DNA from: Acidimicrobiaceae bacterium
Lineage (GTDB): Bacteria > Actinomycetota > Acidimicrobiia > Acidimicrobiales > Ilumatobacteraceae
Assembly: GCA_947447175.1 (NCBI GenBank)
Contig: CANFIM010000005.1
Span: 4,376 to 68,375 of the forward strand
Length of the DNA stretch: 64,000 nt
Reading direction: 5' to 3'
The first letter of the stretch is position 1, and each line of letters begins with the position of its first letter. Positions 54,301-63,496 of the stretch are shown in pieces. Under the pieces are notes generated by a model that saw only the letters and a list, made by a program, of their open reading frames with translations, was not told where the DNA came from and made no database searches. The position numbers and the translations under genes were made by a program.

Positions 54301-55758
54301 CTATTCGGCTGAAGTAGCTTCGGCGACAGATTCTGGGGAAGAGGTTTCAACCGCAGGAGCGTCCACCACAGGTGTCTCAGCAGGAGTTGGCTCTACAGGC
54401 GCCTCAGGTGCTGTTACGACCTCTGAAACAGCCTCAGAAGGCTTCTGAGTCGGTGCTGGCTTTGGTGCACGTGCTCCAGGCTTCGCGTCTGCCGACTTAT
54501 TGAGTTCTCCAGCACGCTTACGAGGTCCCTTATCGCCAGGACGCTGCTGTTGCAGTGGGCGAGGGGCGCGGGCTTTTGGATCAACAGCAATGCCAAACAA
54601 GGCTGCAATCTGCGGCATCAAAGGGGCAAGACGTGTGACGGTCTTTGTGAGATCTTCTGTGACCACGGTGGGAGCAGCGCCAGGAAGAATCTTGTTGTGC
54701 ACGGGTGAGAAAGCCGCAGCTTCAAGTAACGCGATCCAGCGCTCTGATGGTGCATCAACGGTGAGTCCGGCAACAGTTGCGTCTGCAAGTTGCTGGGCGA
54801 GCGGTGCGGGGAAGGGGTGACCAGCCTTTGGTGGCTGAGATGATAAACGCAATGCTCGAACAACGCGACCAACCGATGTTGCTGCAGCAACGTCCTCTAG
54901 CCAGTTCTTTGTTTCAGTCTCTTGACGAACAACCAACGCTTGCTTCATCTTTGCAACAAGTGCACGGGTTGCTTCATCGATAGCGACCAATTGTTCAGCA
55001 GACACAACGATGCCACGAAGGTCGCGGAGGTCGACGTCTTGGATAACTGCTTCTGCCGCAAGTGCTTTGTCGCGCCATTCGGCTACACGCAAACGTGGCA
55101 ACAAGTTCTCAGCGATTTGAATAAGGCCTTCTGCTGGAACCTTTTCACGACCTTCAGCAACAGCTTTCTTGTTTTGTTCTTCAACAGCTGCGCGAACGGC
55201 AGGTACGCCGCCGTTAAGAACCTTCTCGGCAATTGCACGCTGAGCCTCAGGAAGTTCAGCGAGAACTGCATCGACATTCACACGTTGTGGACGAATGCGC
55301 TTTGCCTTTGGACGCTGTGGCAACTCTGGTGGAGTTTCAAAGAATGGACGACGTGGGCGCTCTGAACGACCTTCGGCACCTTCACGACGCTTGTCACCAT
55401 CACGACGTTCACCACGCGGACCGTCAGCTTTGTCACGACGAGGTCCACGACGCTTGTCACCATCACGTGGGCCCTTCTTACGCAATTGTTGTGTCACTGC
55501 TTCGAATGGCTTCTCTGAAGGAAGCAATTCAAGAAGTCCAGTGCGCTCCGACTTTGTCTTGGGAGCAGTAATCGAAAGAACACGATTGCCATCAAGATCT
55601 GATTCAACTTCCGCCTGAACAACATCGTTCACGGAAACGCCAGACGGAACAACAGAGCTAGCAACAACACCTTTGGGCTGTTGCGCTCCGGCTGCTCGCC
55701 AGGTCCAGTTTCCATCTGGCTGCTTGCTAGTGAGTTCAATCTTGATACGGCGTGACAT
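54301..55758 (-). CDS. hypothetical protein with small N-terminal domain, Arg/Lys/Gly-rich disordered segment and helical C-terminal domain
   Basis: 485 aa. Residues about 92-158 read KKGPRDGDKRRGPRRDKADGPRGERRDGDKRREGAEGRSERPRRP...KAKRIRPQR, corresponding to nt about 55285-55485. The C-terminus is Pro/Ala-rich. Confidence 0.6.
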   Translation of the reverse strand: MSRRIKIELTSKQPDGNWTWRAAGAQQPKGVVASSVVPSGVSVNDVVQAEVESDLDGNRVLSITAPKTKSERTGLLELLPSEKPFEAVTQQLRKKGPRDGDKRRGPRRDKADGPRGERRDGDKRREGAEGRSERPRRPFFETPPELPQRPKAKRIRPQRVNVDAVLAELPEAQRAIAEKVLNGGVPAVRAAVEEQNKKAVAEGREKVPAEGLIQIAENLLPRLRVAEWRDKALAAEAVIQDVDLRDLRGIVVSAEQLVAIDEATRALVAKMKQALVVRQETETKNWLEDVAAATSVGRVVRALRLSSQPPKAGHPFPAPLAQQLADATVAGLTVDAPSERWIALLEAAAFSPVHNKILPGAAPTVVTEDLTKTVTRLAPLMPQIAALFGIAVDPKARAPRPLQQQRPGDKGPRKRAGELNKSADAKPGARAPKPAPTQKPSEAVSEVVTAPEAPVEPTPAETPVVDAPAVETSSPESVAEATSAE

Positions 55759-55829
55759 AGGCGCTATACGGTATCTGCGAAATTCTCCCGACAGTCAGGG
55801 CAATGCGTTGTCGCCATTAGCCTTCTCAC

Positions 55830-56351
55830 ATGGCTATTTACGCTCTTGGCGACCAAGTTCCTTCAATTGACCCCACGGCTTACGTGCACCCTGACGCCAT
55901 CATCATTGGCTCTGTCACTATTGGAGCCGGAAGCAGCATTTGGCCCGGAGCAGTGTTGCGAGGAGACGACGGCTCCATTGTGATTGGTGAACGCACCAGC
56001 ATCCAAGACGGCACCGTGGTGCACACCACACCGTTTTCACACACCACAGTGGGGAATGATTGCGTGATTGGGCACATTGTTCACCTAGAGGGATGCATCA
56101 TTCATGATTTCGCTCAGGTGTCTTCAGGGTCGGTTGTTCTTCACCGCGCGGTTGTAGAGACAGGCGCCATCGTGGCCGCAAACGCTGTCGTGCTGAATGA
56201 CACAACGGTCCCTGCTGGAGCTCTTGCCGTGGGAGCGCCAGCAGTGATTAAAGAGGGGCGCGCACGCAAGGCTGACATTGAATTGGCTGTTCGTGCATAC
56301 CTCCATAAAGGCGAGCGATTCAGCAAAGAACTTCGACGCATTGATGGATGA
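55830..56351 (+). CDS. gamma-class carbonic anhydrase family protein (LbH, YrdA/PaaY-like)
   Basis: 173 aa. Reads MAIYALGDQVPSIDPTAYVHPDAIIIGSVTIGAGSSIWPGAVLRGD with hexapeptide repeats. Confidence 0.85.
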   Translation: MAIYALGDQVPSIDPTAYVHPDAIIIGSVTIGAGSSIWPGAVLRGDDGSIVIGERTSIQDGTVVHTTPFSHTTVGNDCVIGHIVHLEGCIIHDFAQVSSGSVVLHRAVVETGAIVAANAVVLNDTTVPAGALAVGAPAVIKEGRARKADIELAVRAYLHKGERFSKELRRIDG

Positions 56352-57156
56352 CACGTGGTCACTCGTTGACTTCACCGTTCGCCATACCGATGGTGAATTA
56401 ATTTCCGACTCTTTGTGGAATTTGGGCGTTGTTGCCATCGAAGAACGAACCTCCATCACGGGCTTCATTACCCTTCGCACAAGTTTGGGCGATGACCCCA
56501 GCAATGCAATTGCCTCGGTTGCTCAGATGTTTCCATCCGCAGTGGCAGAGATAGTTCATGTGCCACGTGCTGTTGCAGATACGTGGCGCCAACATGCAAC
56601 ACCAACGCGGGTAAATGAAACATTGTCTCTGGTACCTGCGTGGCTCACACCAGATGTAACAGGTGATTATTTGTTGATTGAGCCCTTGGACACTTTTGGT
56701 CTTGGTAACCACCCAACCACCGTTCTCGCCCTACGTCTTGCTCTTAGTGTCACTCAAGATGACAGCACGATTTTTGATCTTGGGTGTGGTTCTGGTGTGT
56801 TGGCTGTTGGCCTCGCAAAACTAAAGCAGTGCACAGTAAAGGTTTTTGATATCGCCGACAGTGCGAGAGAAGCAGTACGGCTGAACTCCGAACTGAATGG
56901 TGTGCAGGGAATTGAGTGGTGCCAGGGGATAGAGGGCACAGAGTCTGATGTTGTGCTTGCAAACATCTTGTCGCCAGTTCTCATTTCAGAGTCAACATCA
57001 ATTATCAATGGCGTTCGGCCAGGTGGGTTCATTGTGCTGAGCGGCATGCGCGACGAACAAGTAGTTCTTGTTCTTGAACATTTCACGCAGTGCGAAGAAG
57101 TGACACGCGAATCTCTCGATGGTTGGACAGCAGTGGCGCTGCAACGAAGAAACTAA
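56344..57156 (+). CDS. prmA: ribosomal protein L11 methyltransferase-like
   Basis: ATG 56344 overlaps the upstream stop by 8 nt. FGLGNHPTT parallels the PrmA FGTGTHPTT block. SAM motif DLGCGSGVLAV and an ANIL block are present. Confidence 0.7.
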   Translation: MDDTWSLVDFTVRHTDGELISDSLWNLGVVAIEERTSITGFITLRTSLGDDPSNAIASVAQMFPSAVAEIVHVPRAVADTWRQHATPTRVNETLSLVPAWLTPDVTGDYLLIEPLDTFGLGNHPTTVLALRLALSVTQDDSTIFDLGCGSGVLAVGLAKLKQCTVKVFDIADSAREAVRLNSELNGVQGIEWCQGIEGTESDVVLANILSPVLISESTSIINGVRPGGFIVLSGMRDEQVVLVLEHFTQCEEVTRESLDGWTAVALQRRN

Positions 57157-57159
57157 AAG

Positions 57160-57477
57160 TTATGAAATGTTGCGAGCACGAACGCCGATTGGCGCAATGA
57201 GGCGATAGCCAGCTGCATGGCGTTCTTCCTCTGATTCGCCACCCCAGAATCCGTATTCGCGATTACGTCGAGCGAAATCACGACAATCATTCATCACTTC
57301 ACATGAGTGGCACACTTCGCGAGCTTGGGCTTCACGTCGTTCTCTTGCTTGAGGACGCTCAGCGGCCGGTGGAAAGAATATTGCTGCCAAGCCTTTGCAT
57401 TCGGCGAGACCAGACCAACTGGTGTGCTCCCACTCTCGGAATGCGAATAGATCCCCAATGGCCATCGTTGCCCCCAA
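57160..57477 (-). CDS. WhiB-family (Wbl) redox-sensing transcription factor
   Basis: Four Cys in the pattern C-x29-C-x2-C-x5-C (CKG...VCHSCEVMNDC), followed by GFWGG. The track start is TTG 57477; ATG 57465 (MAIGDL), preceded by GGGGG, is a plausible alternative. Confidence 0.85.
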   Translation of the reverse strand: MGATMAIGDLFAFREWEHTSWSGLAECKGLAAIFFPPAAERPQARERREAQAREVCHSCEVMNDCRDFARRNREYGFWGGESEEERHAAGYRLIAPIGVRARNIS

Positions 57478-57495
57478 CTTGCCGTGACTAGAGAC

Positions 57496-57523
57496 ACTTT
57501 AGCCGAGGGTGAGAATTCGTCAA
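57496..57523 (-). promoter_or_regulatory. candidate sigma-A-type promoter for the whiB-family gene
   Basis: The minus strand reads TTGACG - 16 nt - TAAAGT, ending about 19 nt upstream of the TTG start. Confidence 0.3.
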
Positions 57524-57563
57524 TTCCGCTGAGGTCGATGAGACAGAAAGTAAAGAATTGGAC

Positions 57564-58616
57564 CTAAACGGCCAAGAAATGCAGAACTCCGGCGGCAAAT
57601 CGATCGACATCTTCCTCAGAAGTATCCCAGGAAGTCATCCACCGGACCTGACCAATCGACTCATCCCAGTCCCAAAAGAAATTCCACTCTTGCAATTTCT
57701 TCTTCACGTCCAGAGGGAGCACGGGGTACATGCTGTTGACCTGCGGAGGGGAGAGGCGCAAGGACTCAACATGCTTCAATTTCTCATACAGGCGAGTTGC
57801 CATTGCATTGGAATGCGAGGCCGTCTCGAGCCACAAACCACTCTCGATTGCTTCCACAAATTGTGCTGATGCGTATCTCATCTTCGAGGGCAACTGCGTT
57901 GTGCTCTTTCGAATGTACCCAGCGCGAGGGGAGCACGTGCTGCGACGTAACAAAACAGCTTCTGCACCAAGCATTGCGTTTTTTGTTCCGCCGAATGACA
58001 CTGCGTCTACACCTGCGCCAAACGTGAGCGCCCGAAAAGTTTCGACGGAATTGCCCAAAGCTGCAGTGGCGTTGGAAATTCGTGCTCCGTCAAGATGAAC
58101 ACGCATGCCATACGACTGAGAAACCTTCACAATCTCTTTGATTTCCTGAATTGAATACAGCGTTCCCAATTCTGTGGCTTGAGTAATCGAAACAACTCCA
58201 GGCTGTACGTGGTGCACATTGCCAATGTTGTGTGCCAATTGGTGCAAGTCGTTGACAGACAACTTCGCTGTCTCTGATGCAACATCTTGAAGCTTCACCC
58301 CAAGGATCCGCTCTGGTGCTCCGGTTTCGTCAACATTGATGTGCGACCACTGCGTGCAAACAACAGACTCTGCTGGCTGCAACAAACTGCCAAGTGCTAC
58401 CAAGTTCGAACCTGTGCCATTAAACGTAAACAAAACTTCCACATCTTCGTCACACATCTCGCTAAACAACTCAGATGCACGAGCCGTTAAGGCATCACCG
58501 CCATATGCAATGACGTGTCCGGCATTGGCTGCCTCAATGGCGGCCAAGTAGCGCGGATGAGTACCACTGAAATTGTCACTCGCAAAAAATCGGCTGGGGG
58601 CTACGGGAAGTTCCAC
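57564..58616 (-). CDS. low-specificity threonine aldolase (PLP, beta-eliminating lyase family)
   Basis: FFASDNFSGTHPRYLAAIEAAN N-terminal signature and the SFGGTKN PLP-lysine block. Start set at in-frame GTG 58616 (351 aa, usual family length). The track ORF to 58799 adds 61 non-homologous residues overlapping the divergent zinc-ribbon ORF. Confidence 0.8.
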   Translation of the reverse strand: MELPVAPSRFFASDNFSGTHPRYLAAIEAANAGHVIAYGGDALTARASELFSEMCDEDVEVLFTFNGTGSNLVALGSLLQPAESVVCTQWSHINVDETGAPERILGVKLQDVASETAKLSVNDLHQLAHNIGNVHHVQPGVVSITQATELGTLYSIQEIKEIVKVSQSYGMRVHLDGARISNATAALGNSVETFRALTFGAGVDAVSFGGTKNAMLGAEAVLLRRSTCSPRAGYIRKSTTQLPSKMRYASAQFVEAIESGLWLETASHSNAMATRLYEKLKHVESLRLSPPQVNSMYPVLPLDVKKKLQEWNFFWDWDESIGQVRWMTSWDTSEEDVDRFAAGVLHFLAV

Positions 58617-58641
58617 AACAAGCGACCCTAGTTCCCGTACT

Positions 58642-58659
58642 ATTTCGTCATGACGAAAT
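58642..58659. promoter_or_regulatory. perfect 18-bp palindrome at the aldolase / zinc-ribbon divergent junction
   Basis: ATTTCGTCATGACGAAAT. Its central CATG supplies the ATG (58650) of the zinc-ribbon ORF. Confidence 0.35.
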
Positions 58660-59027
58660 CCACACGTGAAGAGCAGGTGCGGGCGAGTGACCGCCGATGC
58701 AGATGGTGTCGACATGTCTTGCCAGAATCCAGTGGTCCGGGACGACGCAAAGAGTTTTGTAGTCAAAAATGCCGTCAATGGGATTGGGTGGCCAGGCAAC
58801 GTGCCGCAGACCTAGAGCTGTCCGAGAACGAACTTGTCATGACACGTGATGAACTCGACACATTGAAAGATCAGATTTACGTTTTGCATTGCGCAGTTGT
58901 TGATGCGCAGCAAGATTTAGCTGCGGGCCGACACACAAAGGACAGCCTTCTGGAGCTGTTGAACTGGCTGATAGATGCAGCCGAACCGGTAGCCGCCTCT
59001 TCCCTCAGTCCATCGTTACGCCCATAA
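58650..59027 (+). CDS. small zinc-ribbon plus coiled-coil hypothetical protein
   Basis: 125 aa. CRWCRHVLPESSGPGRRKEFCSQKCRQWDWVARQR is a CxxC...CxxxC pattern followed by a basic helix. A heptad-like helical region follows (LSENELVMTRDELDTLKDQIYVL). No SD is evident, so the transcript may be leaderless. Confidence 0.5.
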   Translation: MTKSTREEQVRASDRRCRWCRHVLPESSGPGRRKEFCSQKCRQWDWVARQRAADLELSENELVMTRDELDTLKDQIYVLHCAVVDAQQDLAAGRHTKDSLLELLNWLIDAAEPVAASSLSPSLRP

Positions 59028-59114
59028 TGTCCGTTATGTAATTATTGTATTTATCAATCCCAACATGGGTTTGCGGATAAGCACTTCCCTGAACCTGCGC
59101 CGTATGGTGCCTAT

Positions 59115-60365
59115 ATGGCAATTCGCAATCTCGGATCTGGCGTTCCGGTCGACCAAGTACTGAAAGACCTTGAATCATTTCGCTCTCACGATGTGCGGTG
59201 GCGTGACGGCAGATGCTTCACACTCGCCTACAGCATCTCCCCTGAGGTCCTATCGCTCGCCGAAGAGGCCTACCGCAGGTATTCCGGCGAGAACGCTTTA
59301 AACACTTCAGCCTTCCCTTCGTTGCGTCGCATGCAACAAGACGTAGTGGACATTGTTTCTGGGTGGGTGAACGGAGACGACTCCACGGCGGGCTTTATGA
59401 CCTCAGGCGGCACAGAGAGTCTTGTGCTTGTTGTGCGTGCGGCACAGAAGCGAGCCGAACGTGAAGGACGCAATCTCTCCCGCATGAACATGGTGTTGCC
59501 CACGTCGGCTCATGCTGCCCTGGAAAAGGGCGCAGACTATTTCGGCGTTGAGAGTCGTCGCATTCCGGTGACCTCTGACTGGAGAGCAGATGTTGTAGCC
59601 ATGCGTGCCGCAATCGACGATGAAACAATTCTTGTAGTGGGTTCTGCCCCGTCGTATCCGCAAGGTGTTATCGACCCAATCGCAGAGATTGCAGCGCTCG
59701 CAGATGAGCGCAACATCAATTGCCATGTTGATGCATGCATGGGTGGCGTCACTCTCCCATTTCTGGCGCAACTCGGCGAGTCGATTACTCCCTGGGATTT
59801 TCGCTGTGTAGGGGTGACTTCAATTTCTGTTGACCTGCACAAGTACGGATACACATCGAAGGGCGCTGGTGTTCTGTTGCATCGCGATAAAACTCTGCGC
59901 AACGATCAAACCTTCATCACCGACAATTGGCTCGGAGGCATGTACGGGTCATCGGGAATTCTTGGCACTAAGTCAGGTGGACCAATTGCTTCTGCTTGGG
60001 CGGTCATGCATCACCTTGGCAATAACGGATACCTTGCAGCCACCCAAAGTGCACGTACTTCTGCGATTGCAATTGCGAACCACATCGAAAACAATCCACA
60101 GCTCAGATTGCGGGCCTTCCCCGACTCCACCCTCCTCTCTTTCGGGGTGACAGATGAGAATCGTCATGACGTATTTGCGCTAGCTGATGCACTCATTGCC
60201 AAGGGCTGGTACATGGACAAACAGGGCCCTCCTGCCAGTATCCATCTCACCGTCAATGCCAGCCACGCACCGATGGTCGGTGCATTCTTAAATGATCTTG
60301 ATGAAGCCCTGCTCTCTCTTGGCGGGCACAAGGGCTCCGATGGGGCGTATGCCACTACGGAATAA
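59115..60365 (+). CDS. PLP-dependent decarboxylase/lyase, sphingosine-1-phosphate-lyase / group II decarboxylase-like
   Basis: 416 aa. Blocks are TSGGTESL, HVDACMGG and the SVDLHKYGYTSKGAGVLLHRD PLP-lysine block. No in-frame alternative start lies upstream before the stop at 59025. Confidence 0.8.
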   Translation: MAIRNLGSGVPVDQVLKDLESFRSHDVRWRDGRCFTLAYSISPEVLSLAEEAYRRYSGENALNTSAFPSLRRMQQDVVDIVSGWVNGDDSTAGFMTSGGTESLVLVVRAAQKRAEREGRNLSRMNMVLPTSAHAALEKGADYFGVESRRIPVTSDWRADVVAMRAAIDDETILVVGSAPSYPQGVIDPIAEIAALADERNINCHVDACMGGVTLPFLAQLGESITPWDFRCVGVTSISVDLHKYGYTSKGAGVLLHRDKTLRNDQTFITDNWLGGMYGSSGILGTKSGGPIASAWAVMHHLGNNGYLAATQSARTSAIAIANHIENNPQLRLRAFPDSTLLSFGVTDENRHDVFALADALIAKGWYMDKQGPPASIHLTVNASHAPMVGAFLNDLDEALLSLGGHKGSDGAYATTE

Positions 60366-60414
60366 CTCCGTCATAATGCCCCTCTCCCCCTGTTGACGAA
60401 CTACTGTCAAAGGC

Positions 60415-60598
60415 GTCTGCTTGGGAGAGCATGTCGTGTTCGCATGGCATCGCCGAAGGAGCAACCACCCCGGAAACTCTCAGGCACAGGGACCAGGCAG
60501 ACACAGGAACGCTGGAAAGAGAGGGCTTGCCCTCCGCCGACGGGGAAAGCCACTTCTGTGGTGAAGCTCTCAGGCAAAAACGACAGCGGGGGTAACGA
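60415..60598 (+). promoter_or_regulatory. tandem glycine riboswitch (two aptamers) in the gcvP leader
   Basis: Aptamer 1 has P1 GTCTGC (60415-20) / GCAGAC (60497-502), enclosing GGGAGAG...CGCCGAAGGAGCAA...CTCTCAGGCACAGGGAC. Aptamer 2 has P1 CGCTG (60510-14) / CAGCG (60594-98), enclosing GGAAAGAGAG...CGCCGACGGGGAAA...CTCTCAGGCAAAAACGAC. Confidence 0.85.
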
Positions 60599-60613
60599 CA
60601 GTCCGGAGTCTTT

Positions 60614-63496
60614 ATGACCATGTCACCCCGATCCCTCACGACCCCTGCCTTCGATGGCCAGCATTTCGCTACTCGCCATCTCGGTTTGAGTGACACCGAT
60701 AGAGCCGAGATGTTGCGCGTTGTTGGAATGGCTTCACTGGAAGAACTTCTTGAAGCAACAGTTCCTGGTTCCATTCGCTTGCGTGACCGAATGAATTTGG
60801 CAGAGCCACTGACGGAATCAGAAGTGCTCAACGTATTGCGCGAAAAGTTCTCCAATGACGCGCATCGCACTTCGTTCATAGGTCAGGGCTATTACGGAAC
60901 CATTACGCCACCCGTGGTGAAGCGCAACGTGCTTGAAAATCCGGCGTGGTACACCGCATACACGCCATATCAACCAGAAATCAGTCAAGGCCGTTTGGAA
61001 GCAATTCTCAACTTCCAAACAATGGTCACAGAACTGACTGGTCTTCCGCTTGCCAATGCATCTCTTCTCGATGAAGGCACAGCGGTTGCCGAAGCAATCA
61101 CCATGGCTCACAGAATTTCAAAATCTTTGAGCGACAGTGTTTTTGTGGACATCAACACACACCCACAAACTCTTGGTGTTCTTCGTACTCGACTCGAACC
61201 CATTGGCATTGAAGTCGAAGTTGCTGATCTCTCTGCATACGACGCTTCGAAACACTTTGCTGTTGTGGTGTCGTACCCAGGTAGCGATGGTGCACTCCCC
61301 TCCATCCCTGCGGTCCAACAAATAGTGAACGGGGCGCACGAGAACAAGGCAGTCGCCATTGCGGTCACCGACTTACTCGCGTGCACTCTGATTGTTCCAC
61401 CTGGACAAATTGGTTTCGACATTGCAGTTGGTTCCTCTCAACGTCTTGGAGTTCCCATGGGGTTCGGTGGTCCTCACGCGGCTTTCATGGCCACTCTTGA
61501 AACTCATGCGCGTACATTGCCAGGACGATTGGTGGGGGTCAGCACGGACACTTCAGGCCGCCCTGCATTGCGACTCACCTTGCAAACACGTGAACAACAC
61601 ATTCGCCGCGAAAAAGCCACATCAAACATCTGCACCTCGCAAGTGCTTCTCGCAAATATTGCCGGCATGTACGGCGTATGGCACGGCCCACATGGCCTGA
61701 AGAGAATTGCGTCGGACATCAACTCTCTCGCTTCATCTACGGCGGCTTCATTGAGAAGCGCCGGTTTCACGGTGGCACATGATGTCTTCTTTGACACGGT
61801 GGCTATCAACGTAGACAATGCCGACTCAATTGTGCAGAAGGCCAAAGATGCCGGTTACAACATTCGCAAGGTGTCAAACACCACCGCTTCATTCAGCATC
61901 GATGAAACAACCTCAGTGGAGACCTTGTCAGCACTACTGCGTTCTCTCGGTGCGGACTTAGTACTCACTAACGTATTGTCCAGCCTCCCTGATGCAGTGC
62001 GACGAACTGATGAGTTCATGACGCAGTCTGTGTTCAATACACACCACACTGAACACGGAATGTTGCGCTACTTGCGCAGCTTGGCGGATAAAGACCTCGC
62101 TCTTGACCGCACCATGATTCCGCTCGGTTCTTGCACAATGAAGCTCAACTCAACAACTGAAATGGAACCTGTCACGTGGCCAGAGTTTTCTTCTCTGCAC
62201 CCATATGTTCCTGCAGATGAATCAGTTGGTATTCGTACGGTCATCTCTGAGCTGGAGCAGATGCTTGTTTCCATCACTGGATATGACGCAGTGAGCCTCC
62301 AACCCAATGCTGGTAGCCAGGGCGAGTTCGCCGGACTCATGGCTATCCGCGCGTATCACTCATCTCGCGGAGATCAACAACGCACCATTTGCCTCATTCC
62401 ATCTAGTGCACATGGCACAAATGCCGCCAGTGCGGTGATGGCAGGCATGAAGGTAGTTGTTGTTGCCTGTGACGACAACGGAAACGTTGATGTCAATGAC
62501 CTCCGAGCAAAGGCGACTCAAGCAGGCACACAACTTGCAGCAATCATGGTGACATACCCATCCACTCACGGAGTGTTTGAAGAAGCCATTGGCGAGATCT
62601 GCGCAATCGTTCACGACAATGGTGGACAGGTGTACGTTGACGGCGCCAATCTCAATGCATTGGTGGGCACGGCACAGCCAGGGAAATTTGGGGCAGACGT
62701 AAGTCACCTCAACTTGCATAAGACCTTCTGCATTCCTCATGGCGGCGGCGGACCCGGCGTTGGCCCGGTAGCAGTGCGCTCTCATCTCGCACCGTTTCTC
62801 CCTGGCAATCCTCTTGGCACAGACTCGCCAGTGGGTCCCGTGTCTTCGGCGATGTTTGGTTCCGCGGGCATCCTGGCAATCCCCTGGGTGTACATCTCAA
62901 TGATGGGCGCAGACGGATTGCTGCAAGCCACAGCCGACGCCATTCTCTCAGCCAATTACATTGCTGTTCGACTGGAGAAGTCGTTTCCTATTCTGTACAA
63001 GGGTTCGAATAACACAGTGGCGCACGAATGCATTTTGAATGTTGCAGCCGTTACTAAGTCGTCTGGCATCACCATTGACGACATCGCCAAGCGATTGATG
63101 GACTACGGATTCCACGCACCAACCATGAGTTTCCCTGTGGCAAACACACTCATGGTGGAGCCAACAGAGAGTGAGCCACTTGCCGAACTCAACCGCTTCT
63201 GTGAAGCAATGACCAACATCCGCAAGGAATTGGATGAAGTGGTGAACGGAAATGTTGCCGCAGATGATTCTGTTCTGCATCATGCGCCACACACCATTGA
63301 GGACATTACAGGCGAATGGAATCGGTCCTATTCGCGCGAAAAAGCTCTGTACCCACTTGCAACGTTGCGAACCCGCGGGTACTTCCCTCCTGTGTCGCGC
63401 ATTGATGCAGCGTATGGCGACCGCAATCTCGTGTGTACATGTTCGCCAATCGAGGAGTATGCAGTCTCCCTCGAGACGGCTACCGTAAGCGTGTGA
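60614..63496 (+). CDS. gcvP: glycine dehydrogenase (aminomethyl-transferring), single-chain P protein
   Basis: 960 aa. Blocks are [23 protein letters not shown] and the [19 protein letters not shown]-lysine block. Confidence 0.95.
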   Translation: MTMSPRSLTTPAFDGQHFATRHLGLSDTDRAEMLRVVGMASLEELLEATVPGSIRLRDRMNLAEPLTESEVLNVLREKFSNDAHRTSFIGQGYYGTITPPVVKRNVLENPAWYTAYTPYQPEISQGRLEAILNFQTMVTELTGLPLANASLLDEGTAVAEAITMAHRISKSLSDSVFVDINTHPQTLGVLRTRLEPIGIEVEVADLSAYDASKHFAVVVSYPGSDGALPSIPAVQQIVNGAHENKAVAIAVTDLLACTLIVPPGQIGFDIAVGSSQRLGVPMGFGGPHAAFMATLETHARTLPGRLVGVSTDTSGRPALRLTLQTREQHIRREKATSNICTSQVLLANIAGMYGVWHGPHGLKRIASDINSLASSTAASLRSAGFTVAHDVFFDTVAINVDNADSIVQKAKDAGYNIRKVSNTTASFSIDETTSVETLSALLRSLGADLVLTNVLSSLPDAVRRTDEFMTQSVFNTHHTEHGMLRYLRSLADKDLALDRTMIPLGSCTMKLNSTTEMEPVTWPEFSSLHPYVPADESVGIRTVISELEQMLVSITGYDAVSLQPNAGSQGEFAGLMAIRAYHSSRGDQQRTICLIPSSAHGTNAASAVMAGMKVVVVACDDNGNVDVNDLRAKATQAGTQLAAIMVTYPSTHGVFEEAIGEICAIVHDNGGQVYVDGANLNALVGTAQPGKFGADVSHLNLHKTFCIPHGGGGPGVGPVAVRSHLAPFLPGNPLGTDSPVGPVSSAMFGSAGILAIPWVYISMMGADGLLQATADAILSANYIAVRLEKSFPILYKGSNNTVAHECILNVAAVTKSSGITIDDIAKRLMDYGFHAPTMSFPVANTLMVEPTESEPLAELNRFCEAMTNIRKELDEVVNGNVAADDSVLHHAPHTIEDITGEWNRSYSREKALYPLATLRTRGYFPPVSRIDAAYGDRNLVCTCSPIEEYAVSLETATVSV

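Noticed and set aside
58617-58799. Long N-terminal extension of the threonine aldolase ORF
   Set aside because: The family signature FASDN normally lies about 10-15 residues from the N-terminus. The extension overlaps a plausible divergent zinc-ribbon ORF. This remains unproven (see findings).
60372-60398. Promoter for the glycine riboswitch (CATAAT at 60372-60377, TTGACG at 60393-60398)
   Set aside because: The two hexamers are in the wrong order and spacing to form one promoter, and neither has a convincing partner. Support is too weak to call.
60355-60879. 174-aa minus-strand ORF across the gcvP leader
   Set aside because: It runs antisense through both glycine-riboswitch aptamers and the conserved N-terminus of gcvP. 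No protein family features are present.
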